Assembly: GCA_037128515.1 (NCBI GenBank) | Contig: JBAXWF010000010.1 | Location: forward strand, 12,742 to 76,741 | Source of the DNA: Bacteroidota bacterium | GTDB taxonomy: Bacteria; Bacteroidota; Bacteroidia; Bacteroidales; CAIWKO01 | Direction: 5' to 3' | Length of the DNA stretch: 64,000 bases | Shown: piece by piece, positions 46,310 through 54,761 of the stretch | Numbering within the stretch: the stretch's first letter is position 1 | Layout: each line of letters begins with the position of its first letter | Translations under genes and position numbers: made by a program | The notes under the pieces: model-generated | The model's input: only the letters and a program-made list of their open reading frames with translations | Told to the model about the DNA's origin: nothing | The model's database searches: none

Positions 46310-47155
46310 ATGAAAAAGTATGTCTTAATTTTAGTTTGTTTTTTACCTCTACTATGGAGTTGTAATAACAGTAACAAAACCGGTGATGCGGATTTGGATC
46401 CGAAAGACCAACAAATAAAGCAACTGCAAGCGCAGCTCAATCAAAAGGATTCAACAACAAATGATATGTTTAGTTTCATTAACGAGGTTGAAGATAATTT
46501 GAACACAATTGAAGCAAGCCAAATGAAAATAAGCGAGTCAAAAAAGGGTAACAACGAAGTGAAAGGTGATGTAAAAGAAAGTATTAAAGAACACATTCAG
46601 AACATCAACACCCTACTGGAAAAAAACAAGCAATTGGTAGCCAAATTGGAAGGCGCACTGCGCAAAGCAAATATGAAGGGCGATGCTTTGCAAAAAACCA
46701 TTGATATGCTGAACCTGCAAATTACTCAGAAAGATGGTGAAATTGCTGACTTGAAAATTCAGTTGGAAAAATTGAATTTTACGGTAGCCGATTTGAATGC
46801 AAAAGTGGTTGATTTGTCAGCTCAAAATGATCAAAAAAACATGACCATCGACCAACAAACTGTTGAACTAAACACAGCCTATTATGTGATTGGTTTGCGT
46901 AAAGATTTAAAAACAAAAGGTGTGATTATTGGCGAAAAAGTATCGCAAAAAGTAAATCCCGAAAGCTATGTGAAAGTTGATATTCGCTATTTAGCCGAAA
47001 TTCCATTGAACGTTAAAAAAGTAAAACTTTTGACCACGCATCCCGATGGCAGCTACGAATTGGTGATGAAAGGCAAAGTGATTGATAAACTAGCCATAAA
47101 AAATGCTAAGTCGTTTTGGAGTATATCAAAATTTTTGGTACTGCAAACAGATTAA
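46310..47155 (+). CDS. Coiled-coil lipoprotein
   Basis: The start is taken at MKKYVLILVCFLPLLWSC (lipobox). The central ~150 aa are heptad-rich (QIKQLQAQLNQKD...IADLKIQLEKLNFTVADLNAKVVDL). Confidence 0.7.
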   Translation: MKKYVLILVCFLPLLWSCNNSNKTGDADLDPKDQQIKQLQAQLNQKDSTTNDMFSFINEVEDNLNTIEASQMKISESKKGNNEVKGDVKESIKEHIQNINTLLEKNKQLVAKLEGALRKANMKGDALQKTIDMLNLQITQKDGEIADLKIQLEKLNFTVADLNAKVVDLSAQNDQKNMTIDQQTVELNTAYYVIGLRKDLKTKGVIIGEKVSQKVNPESYVKVDIRYLAEIPLNVKKVKLLTTHPDGSYELVMKGKVIDKLAIKNAKSFWSISKFLVLQTD

Positions 47156-47332
47156 ACTTTTAAATAAACACCAACCAAATAATGAAAAACTTCCGGAGGC
47201 TTGATCTTTCGGAATTTTTTATTATTATTGTAAGGCATCATTTTGATGTGGTTTTGCTTATCTGTCGGTTTTTATCATTAATTTAGCTCGGAATTTTTTA
47301 AACTGCATTCATTAAAGAAAAGGAGAATTATT

Positions 47333-47536
47333 ATGCCTGTTATTACTATTGAAGGTCCTGCACTTAAACTTGAAACAAAAGAAAGACTTGCTAAAGAAAT
47401 GACACTGCTGGCAAGCACCCTTATGGATATACCGGAAGATGCTTATGTGGTTTTGATTAAAGAGAACCATTACGAGAACATGGCCCAGGGTGGGATATTG
47501 ATTTCGGAGAAACTTAGAAAGCAAGAAAATGGGTAG
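47333..47536 (+). CDS. 4-oxalocrotonate tautomerase family protein
   Basis: 67 aa. It begins MPVITIEG (catalytic Pro1 after Met removal) with a beta-alpha-beta size and pattern. Confidence 0.8.
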   Translation: MPVITIEGPALKLETKERLAKEMTLLASTLMDIPEDAYVVLIKENHYENMAQGGILISEKLRKQENG

Positions 47537-47609
47537 TACTAATAATGGCAACTAGAAACAGACAAGGGTAGCATCGTTTTTTGCGCAAAGTTGTTAAACT
47601 GCCTTGATG

Positions 47610-47945
47610 CTATTGCCTAATCATTTCGACTACGCATTCGGTTTTGTTGAAATCGGTTTTGTCGGTATAGCCTTTTTTAGAGTACACCGTGTAAATGTCA
47701 TAACATCCAAACGAGCAGCCAATCATCATCTGGGTTTCGAATTTGCCATTGGCATTGGTAAAGCCATCGCGGTAGCTTTTATGGTAATCGCCGTTCATGC
47801 CTGCTTTCACTTCAATATAAACGCTATCGATGGGTTGACGCGTTGTTTTATCAATCACGCGCACCGAAATGAGTTTGTTGGCTTCGCATGACATGAGTGC
47901 TAAGGCAATTAGTGCAAAAACCATTGAGAGTACATTTGTTTTCAT
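47610..47945 (-). CDS. Small lipoprotein (prealbumin-like/CarboxypepD_reg-like pattern)
   Basis: The start is taken at MKTNVLSMVFALIALALMSC (lipobox) rather than 47999. It contains the block VRVIDKTTRQPIDSVYIEV. Confidence 0.6.
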   Translation of the reverse strand: MKTNVLSMVFALIALALMSCEANKLISVRVIDKTTRQPIDSVYIEVKAGMNGDYHKSYRDGFTNANGKFETQMMIGCSFGCYDIYTVYSKKGYTDKTDFNKTECVVEMIRQ

Positions 47946-48152
47946 ATCGAGAAAGGTTACAATAATAAAATTGAGCAATACGACCTCAAATGTAAGCATT
48001 TTTATGCATAGGGATGATACATTTAAAGCAAATTGTGTTTTAATTGTTTAGAAATTTTGAACGGTAAAGGTAGCTTAAACAAAATGTAGGAAAAAGTTAA
48101 AGTATAATTATTTTTATATCATAACTATTACCTATTTTATCATTAATTATTT

Positions 48153-48160
48153 TATCTTTG
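48153..48160 (+). promoter_or_regulatory. Bacteroidota -7 promoter box (TATCTTTG)
   Basis: TAnnTTTG match 24 nt upstream of the ATG at 48184. Confidence 0.45.
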
Positions 48161-48183
48161 TCGTAATTTAAATCAATATTACG

Positions 48184-49905
48184 ATGAATAAATATAACAA
48201 ATTACGTATCACCATTTTGATAATTATCGGAATGGTGTCGGCTACAAACATCAATGGTTTTGGTCAAGCCACACAGAAATTTTTAAAGGTATATACTACC
48301 GTAGACAGGATTCTTGTTCCCGATAATGTTGCTGTTACACCAACAGTTAAATTGGACGACCCGGCAAATTTTGCCAAATATGGTTATGGCAAGTATCATT
48401 ACGAAGCCGGATTGTTGTGCCAAAAACGATTGGACTTGATGCCAGCAGGCTATGATTACAAAAAAGCTGCACCTACAGCAAATTTGTTGCGTTTTTTCAC
48501 TATAACCGATATTCATTTAACAGACAAAGAATCGCCATGCCAGGCTATATTCTTTGCTCCGTTTGCCGGAGCTAACGGCATTTCGGCCTATTCGCCACTG
48601 ATGCTATACACTACTCAAGTTTTGGATGCCACTATTAAAACTATTAATGATTTGCATAAGCAATATCCTTTCGACTTTGGTTTGTCGTTGGGCGATATGG
48701 CAAACAGCACGCAATACAATGAACTACGCTGGTTTATCGATATTCTGGATGGAAAAAATATCAATCCTGATTCGGGTATTAAGGATGACCCAACACCCGG
48801 ACCTAATAATGACTTTCAGGACACTTTTAAAGCCGTGGGACTCGACAAGTCAATTCCATGGTATGCTGCGGTGGGCAACCACGACCATTTTTTTATGGGT
48901 GTTAAACCGGTGAACGATAGGATTCGGCGCACATTAATTGGTGACTCTATACTTCAGCTTGGGTTTGTGTTTGATGCGAATAACAAAAATGTGATGAATG
49001 AACGCACTTTTTCGGTTGGCACGCTTGACTGCAGCAAGTTGTATGCACCTATTATTGGGAGTGGTGTGGTGGCTAAAATGGGAAAGATACCCACAATTGC
49101 ACCAGATACCAACCGCCGTTCGCTGACGAAAACGGAATTTATAAACGAATTTAGTAACACTACCACATTGCCAAAAGGACACGGATTTGTGCAAAGTAAC
49201 CCTGCCAATATGTTCGACGGATGCTATTCGTTTGAGCCCAAATCGAATGTACCACTGAAAATTATTGTTATTGACGATACGCAACTTGATACCGACCCAC
49301 AGGTGAAAGAAGGCATTTACGGACACGGCGAACTGGGCAATGGCCGCTACGAGTGGTTGATAGCGCAGCTTAAAGCCGGACAGCAAGCAAACCAACTGAT
49401 GATTATTTCGGCTCACATTCCTATTGGTGTTTTGCCCGAATCGCCAATGGATTGGAATGTGGCTCCTGGATATAGCAGCGAAACAAACCTTATTGAACAA
49501 CTTAAATTGTTTCCAAATCTTATATTATGGGTGGCCGGGCATCGGCATTTGAATACTATTACGGCATTTGCTTCAACGGATATGAATCATCCGGAAAATG
49601 GTTTTTGGCAGGTTGAAACAAAATCCTTGCGCGAATTTCCCGAACAATTTCGCACCTTTGATATTGTGCTAAACAGCGACAACACTATTTCTATTATTAC
49701 TACGGATGTGGATCCCGAAATGAAAGAAGGAACACAGGCGGCCATTGGCCGTTCGTATGCCATTGCCTCGCAGCAACTATATGGTGCTTACGAAACGCCA
49801 TTACCAACGGGCTCGGTGGCATATAATGCGGAACTGGTGAAAGCTTTAAGCCCCCAAATGCAAACCATAATTAAAAATAAAGGAACTACTATTATACGTA
49901 AGTAG
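48184..49905 (+). CDS. Secreted metallophosphoesterase (calcineurin-like)
   Basis: 573 aa with a signal peptide and the phosphoesterase motif series ITDIHLTD, GDMAN, GNHDHF and AGHRH. Confidence 0.8.
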   Translation: MNKYNKLRITILIIIGMVSATNINGFGQATQKFLKVYTTVDRILVPDNVAVTPTVKLDDPANFAKYGYGKYHYEAGLLCQKRLDLMPAGYDYKKAAPTANLLRFFTITDIHLTDKESPCQAIFFAPFAGANGISAYSPLMLYTTQVLDATIKTINDLHKQYPFDFGLSLGDMANSTQYNELRWFIDILDGKNINPDSGIKDDPTPGPNNDFQDTFKAVGLDKSIPWYAAVGNHDHFFMGVKPVNDRIRRTLIGDSILQLGFVFDANNKNVMNERTFSVGTLDCSKLYAPIIGSGVVAKMGKIPTIAPDTNRRSLTKTEFINEFSNTTTLPKGHGFVQSNPANMFDGCYSFEPKSNVPLKIIVIDDTQLDTDPQVKEGIYGHGELGNGRYEWLIAQLKAGQQANQLMIISAHIPIGVLPESPMDWNVAPGYSSETNLIEQLKLFPNLILWVAGHRHLNTITAFASTDMNHPENGFWQVETKSLREFPEQFRTFDIVLNSDNTISIITTDVDPEMKEGTQAAIGRSYAIASQQLYGAYETPLPTGSVAYNAELVKALSPQMQTIIKNKGTTIIRK

Positions 49906-50215
49906 GAAAGCGTGGCAGAGCATGAAGTTATTTCGTGAAGTGGGTTGACGCAATTGCAATTTATACGTATCGGTTGACTTTGCTTTTTTTTGTTGTTATG
50001 CATCCGTTGTGTTACTGAAATATTATTTTGCTGACGCCCTACAGACCCCGTTTGGCAGCATAAGTTAAACTATTACTAATCCCACGTGCAGATTGAATTT
50101 TACCAATTAAATTCTATAATTTTGCTGCTGTACGAAAGAAAAGTTGCTGAGACTTTTTGAAACACTTTAACCTTACGACCAACTACTAAAAATGAACTGT
50201 TCTTACTAATTTATT

Positions 50216-51325
50216 ATGTCGACGCATCAGATTAAAAAATCGCAGAATTCGAAAAAAGAATCCTTGCAAAAACATCCAATCGATAGTTCCAAGAAAAAGT
50301 TTTTATTAAAGCCGATTCCATTATATGTTTCTATACTTTTGCTATTGCCATTGCTATCGTTAAGCATTTTTTTGAAAGAGCCTAAAAAAGCTGTAGAGCC
50401 AACAAAAGTTGAGTCAGATACGGGTGATATGCGTGTCAACAATTATGAATCAAAAGTTATACGTTTAAATCAAAACGGATTGATAAAACCATTGCTATTG
50501 GCCGAAATTGAAACTCAGGACAACCAATTGGAATCGGCAAAAGAAAAAATCAACGAATACATTCAACAAAAAAAACAAGCCGGAATTATTACTTCCGCTT
50601 CGGTTTATTTGAATACCCTGAACACAGGAAACCACGTGGAATTGTATCCTGACGAATTGTACGACCCGGCAAGCATAATTAAGGTTGCCTGCATGTTGGT
50701 GTATTTGAAACAAGCCGAAACCAACCCGGCATTGATGCAACAACGCTTTGTTTTTAAACCGCGAAACGACAAATTGTATCAAGCCACTGTTAAAAGCAAA
50801 ACCATTGTTGCCGGAAAAAGCTATACGGTTGAAGAATTGCTTTATAGCATGATAGTGTATTCGGATAACGAAGCGTTTTGGTTGCTATCTGACCGAGTGG
50901 ATGATACAATTTTTGACAAACTGTGTACTGATTTTGGTATCCCTATTAAAAATGATAATGTGAAACGTGGCAACAATCAACCCAATTTTGTGGCCAATGT
51001 TAATTCTATATCGCGTTTTTTCAGGGTTTTGTATAGTGCTACGTATCTTAATCAAAAAATGTCGCAATATGCATTAAATCTGTTGTTGCAAAGCGACTAT
51101 AAAGAGGGTATTGTGAAAGGTGTTGACTCCAGTATACCTATAGCACACAAGTTTGGCGAACGCACGGAGTTTGGCATATCGCAATTGCATGAATTTGGTA
51201 TAGTATATTTGGATAAAAATCCGTATTTGATTGGGATTATGACTAAAGGCCCGGGCATAGCCCAACAAACCAACGTGATTAGCGACATATCGAAAATTGC
51301 GTTTGATGTGTTGAAAACAAAATAA
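50216..51325 (+). CDS. Class A beta-lactamase-fold serine hydrolase with an N-terminal membrane anchor
   Basis: 369 aa with an SxxK motif (ASIIKV), an SDN motif (YSDNEAF) and a KTG-position block HKFGE. Confidence 0.7.
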   Translation: MSTHQIKKSQNSKKESLQKHPIDSSKKKFLLKPIPLYVSILLLLPLLSLSIFLKEPKKAVEPTKVESDTGDMRVNNYESKVIRLNQNGLIKPLLLAEIETQDNQLESAKEKINEYIQQKKQAGIITSASVYLNTLNTGNHVELYPDELYDPASIIKVACMLVYLKQAETNPALMQQRFVFKPRNDKLYQATVKSKTIVAGKSYTVEELLYSMIVYSDNEAFWLLSDRVDDTIFDKLCTDFGIPIKNDNVKRGNNQPNFVANVNSISRFFRVLYSATYLNQKMSQYALNLLLQSDYKEGIVKGVDSSIPIAHKFGERTEFGISQLHEFGIVYLDKNPYLIGIMTKGPGIAQQTNVISDISKIAFDVLKTK

Positions 51326-51396
51326 AGAATAACATCAGGTATTTTTTTTGGTGGGGATAGTGCGTAAAATATACATGTATAAAAAAGTGCTTTCCT

Positions 51397-51729
51397 ATGC
51401 TGTTTTTTATCTTTGTACCAATGAAACTCATTAAGAAACGCATTTGCATTCTGTTTGTTGCTCTTAGCCTCTCGGTGATAATTGCCGATTGTGGTGTGTA
51501 TGGTTCCGTGTTTTCGGGCACCCACACTTCTGCACCCATGCAATGCAATGATTTTGCAAATAATCTTGAATCATCTCAAGGCGATTGCTGCGAAGATGAT
51601 ATTGTTCCTCAAGATATTTGCGATAGAACCAATTATGCCTTTTCGGGCAAAGAGTTTCTAAAATTGGTAAACTTTTCGTTTAAAAACAATTTTATTTCCG
51701 CTGTTTGGCAGCCGCCCAAACATTCTTAA
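51397..51729 (+). CDS. Hypothetical small secreted protein
   Basis: 110-aa ORF with a hydrophobic N-terminal segment (ICILFVALSLSVIIADC). No recognised motif. Confidence 0.45.
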   Translation: MLFFIFVPMKLIKKRICILFVALSLSVIIADCGVYGSVFSGTHTSAPMQCNDFANNLESSQGDCCEDDIVPQDICDRTNYAFSGKEFLKLVNFSFKNNFISAVWQPPKHS

Positions 51730-51803
51730 TCCTTAGTTTTAGTCAATAGTATTATTGCAGATTTTCTGCATGTTTATTTTGTTGTATAATATATTTCTAT
51801 GGA

Positions 51804-51849
51804 AAAAGAAAAAAGAGGCTGCTTTAAATCAAAGCAGCCTCTTTTTTTT
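51804..51849. terminator. Bidirectional intrinsic terminator
   Basis: AGAGGCTGCTTT (51814-51825) pairs perfectly with AAAGCAGCCTCT (51831-51842) around a 5-nt loop. An A-run lies upstream and a T7 run downstream. Confidence 0.8.
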
Positions 51850-51947
51850 CTGAGTTTTGGTTTGCGTTGCGCCATGTTTTTTTCTTCAACAATTCCATTA
51901 TTATTGATTATTTTTGAAAAAGCATTTCATTATCATAAATAAACAAT

Positions 51948-52688
51948 ATGAACCACAACGCCCCCACGCCCACTAACCAAAGCTCCGCCGAAATTGCGGC
52001 GCTAATTATCGATTATTTTCATCGCACGCTGATGCACCATGCCATGTGGTTTGCGCAAGTGCAGCAGCGTTTGGGGCGCGAAAAGGCTTGGGAGATTATG
52101 GAAAAAGCGTATACGCTGAGCTACGATATTCAGATGAAACGCCTGTCGAAGCTGTTGGGTTTCGAAATGCAAGACGGGCTTCCCTTGCCATTGCTAAGCA
52201 AAACCACCCAAGAGTTAACTAGTTTGAAAGAAAGTGTTGCCATCAATTGGTTGGCCATGGATGGTGTTTGGTTTCAGGCAGTAGAAAATGCATTCGGCAT
52301 GGCAGAAGCCAAACATTGCAACGATTCGGCATGGGGCCAATTTTCGCCTTTCGAAGCTTGGTCCATCGCTCGCTTGCTGCAACTGCCCGAAAACCCTGGT
52401 TTGGAAGGCTTGAAACAAGCTTTGCAGTTGCGCCTGTATGCCAGCATCAACACCCAAGAAATTGCGAACGAAACCCCCGATAGTTTTGAGTTTCGCATGC
52501 TTGATTGCCGGGTGCAATCGGCACGCAAACGAAAAGGCTTGAACGATTATCCCTGCAAATCGGGCGGCATAATTGAATACAGCACTTTTGCGCAAGCCAT
52601 TGACGACAGAATTAAAACCGAATGTTTGAGTTGCCCTCCCGATACGCATCCTGAGGGGTGGTATTGTGCATGGCGATTCTTTCTTTAA
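51948..52688 (+). CDS. Conserved hypothetical protein (ATC-hydrolase-like / DUF6125-like pattern, tentative)
   Basis: 246-aa ORF. The segment FEFRMLDCRVQSARKRKGLNDYPCKSGG...CLSCPPD resembles the cysteine pattern of L-2-amino-thiazoline-4-carboxylate-hydrolase-like families. The assignment is from memory only. Confidence 0.6.
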   Translation: MNHNAPTPTNQSSAEIAALIIDYFHRTLMHHAMWFAQVQQRLGREKAWEIMEKAYTLSYDIQMKRLSKLLGFEMQDGLPLPLLSKTTQELTSLKESVAINWLAMDGVWFQAVENAFGMAEAKHCNDSAWGQFSPFEAWSIARLLQLPENPGLEGLKQALQLRLYASINTQEIANETPDSFEFRMLDCRVQSARKRKGLNDYPCKSGGIIEYSTFAQAIDDRIKTECLSCPPDTHPEGWYCAWRFFL

Positions 52689-52710
52689 TCAGCAATCGAC
52701 CATTTATCAA

Positions 52711-53006
52711 CTGCGGTTTTCTGTGGTTGCTTTGTTATTGGCTTAAGAACTTATATAGCCAACGCAAGTAACCCAACCAGCAAACTCGGAAACCCAGCAA
52801 GCAAACTCGGAAACCCAGCAAGTAACCTCGGAAACCCAGCGAGTAACCTCGGAAACCCACCAAGTAACCTCGGAAACCCAGCAAGTAACCTCGGAAACCC
52901 ACCAAGTAACCTCGGAAACCCACCAAGAAACCTCAGAAACTCGCCAGGTTTCCGAGGTTACTCGCCAGGTTTCCTCAGATACTCGGCAGGAAACCTCAGT
53001 AAGTAA
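52711..53006 (+). repeat. 5-prime-truncated paralog remnant of gene 9377-10120, carrying an expanded array of about eleven 21-bp units (TCGGAAACCCAGCAAGTAACC) that ends in inverted copies
   Basis: 52711-52816 aligns without gaps to the minus strand of 9889-9994 at 95/106 identical positions (hand count). Units run from 52765 to 52995. The last three carry the inverted motif GGTTTCC, giving the fold-back AGGTTTCC (52967-52974) / GGAAACCT (52989-52996). Confidence 0.9.
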
Positions 53007-53059
53007 ATTGATAAGTAGAATGTTTTACAGCACATTACGAAATAATATTGTACTAAACC

Positions 53060-53146
53060 TCACCCAGCCCACCTACAAATTAAGGCACTGCTTCCTCTTT
53101 TCCTTAAAGCTTAAACAGCTACCAAAAGAGCGTCGCAGTTTTTTTT
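53060..53146 (-). repeat. REP-like intergenic element, inverted copy
   Basis: The reverse complement reads AAAAAAAACTGCGACGCTCTTTTGGTAGCTGTTTAAGCTTTAAGGAAAAGAGGAAGCAGTGCCTTAATTTGTAGG, collinear with 8064-8150. Confidence 0.6.
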
Positions 53147-53258
53147 ATACAATCATCTTGCATGATTCAGGTTGATCCGAAAAAGGTGAAAGGGTAAAGA
53201 GAATCAAAAGTCAGATTGCCGATTTGAGTCGTATCGATTGCCGACTGAAGAAGACAGA

Positions 53259-54734
53259 CTATATTTCTAAAGAAAACCAGGATGAAATTTTTTCAATTTC
53301 ATTGCAGGGTGCTTTGCCGAATTTGAACTCGTTGGTATGTGGCGAATACACATAATCTTTTGCCCATTTTTTGTGGTTACCAGCCACTTCGTTAATAGAA
53401 TCAAGGATGTAGATAAGTTCGGCATTTGTCGTGGTGGGATGCAACGACAGTCGCACCCATCCGGGTTTTTCTGACAAATCGCCACGGTTTATTTTGGAGG
53501 TGATTTTTTGCGATTGCAGATGACTTACGTCGAGCAAAAAATGCCCGTAGGTGCCCGCACAAGCGCAACCGCCTCGCACTTGAATTCCGAAACGGTCGTT
53601 CAATAATTTTACAACCAAGTTATAGTGAACTCCTTCGAGATAAAATGAAATTACCCCCAGTCGGTGCTTGATGTTATCGGCCAAAATATGAATGCCTTTG
53701 ATTTTTGGCATCATTTCCCAAACAATTTCTAGCAATTCTTTTTCACGATGCAGTATGTTGGCCGTGCCCATTTTATTTTTCAAATCGATGCAAAGCGCCG
53801 TGCGAATGGCTTGAAGAAAACCGGGGGTTCCACCATCTTCGCGGGCTTCAATATCGTCGAGGTATTTGTATTCGCCCCAGGGGTTGGTCCAATCAACAGT
53901 TCCGCCACCGGGTTGGTCGGGGGCAAAGTTGGGGTAAATTGCTTTATCAAAAATAAGTACGCCAGAGCTGCCCGGGCCACCTAAAAACTTGTGGGGTGAA
54001 AAAAAAATGGCATCGAGTTTCTGCAAAGGATCGGTGGGGTGCATATCGATATCGGAATAGGGCGCTGAGGCTGCAAAATCGATAAAGCACAATCCATCGT
54101 ATTGATGCATGAGTTTGGCCATTTGATGATAGGGGGTTGACACGCCCGTTACATTGGAACATGCGCTGAAGGAGCCAATTTTGAATTTGCGGTTTTTATA
54201 TTTTTTCAGTTCTTTTTCAAGTTGGTTTAAATCAACCAAAAGGTCTTTGTTGGGTTTTACCAGAACCACATCGGCATTGGTTTCGTACCAGGAAGTGTGG
54301 TTTGAATGATGTTCCATGTGGGTGATGAAAACCACAGGTTTTTCGCGTATTTTCATGCAATCGGACTGATTGATTAAACCGCAGGAGCGCAATCCTAAAA
54401 TGCGTTGCAGTTTGTTAACAACAGAGGTCATGCCTGTGCCCGAAGTGATAATTACATCATTTTTTCCAGCGTTTACGTGTTGTTTAATCATTTGCTGAGC
54501 CAAATGATAGGCATGAGTCATTCGGGTACCTGTTTCGCTGGTTTCGGTGTGCGTATTGCCCACAAAAGGTCCGAAAGTTTCGCTAATCTTTTTTTCGATG
54601 GGTTTGTATAAACGTCCGCTGGCAATCCAATCGGCATAAATCATTTTAACAGTCCCATAGGGGGTGTCGAAAAGTTGATTGTTTCCGATGATATTTTTTT
54701 TGAAAGGGGCGAAGTGTTTCTCGATTGGCGTCAT
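53259..54734 (-). CDS. Aminotransferase class V-fold PLP-dependent enzyme (cysteine desulfurase/selenocysteine lyase-like)
   Basis: 491 aa with SFSACSNVTG and the PLP-lysine context FFSPHKFLGGPG. Confidence 0.85.
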   Translation of the reverse strand: MTPIEKHFAPFKKNIIGNNQLFDTPYGTVKMIYADWIASGRLYKPIEKKISETFGPFVGNTHTETSETGTRMTHAYHLAQQMIKQHVNAGKNDVIITSGTGMTSVVNKLQRILGLRSCGLINQSDCMKIREKPVVFITHMEHHSNHTSWYETNADVVLVKPNKDLLVDLNQLEKELKKYKNRKFKIGSFSACSNVTGVSTPYHQMAKLMHQYDGLCFIDFAASAPYSDIDMHPTDPLQKLDAIFFSPHKFLGGPGSSGVLIFDKAIYPNFAPDQPGGGTVDWTNPWGEYKYLDDIEAREDGGTPGFLQAIRTALCIDLKNKMGTANILHREKELLEIVWEMMPKIKGIHILADNIKHRLGVISFYLEGVHYNLVVKLLNDRFGIQVRGGCACAGTYGHFLLDVSHLQSQKITSKINRGDLSEKPGWVRLSLHPTTTNAELIYILDSINEVAGNHKKWAKDYVYSPHTNEFKFGKAPCNEIEKISSWFSLEI

Positions 54735-54761
54735 TTTTTTATTAGGAGTTGTTATTAGTAG

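Noticed and set aside
52735-52926. 63-aa minus-strand ORF MVGFRGYLVGFRGYL...
   Set aside because: It lies entirely within the 21-bp tandem array. The frame is open only because the repeat unit lacks stops on that strand, and nothing supports it as a gene.
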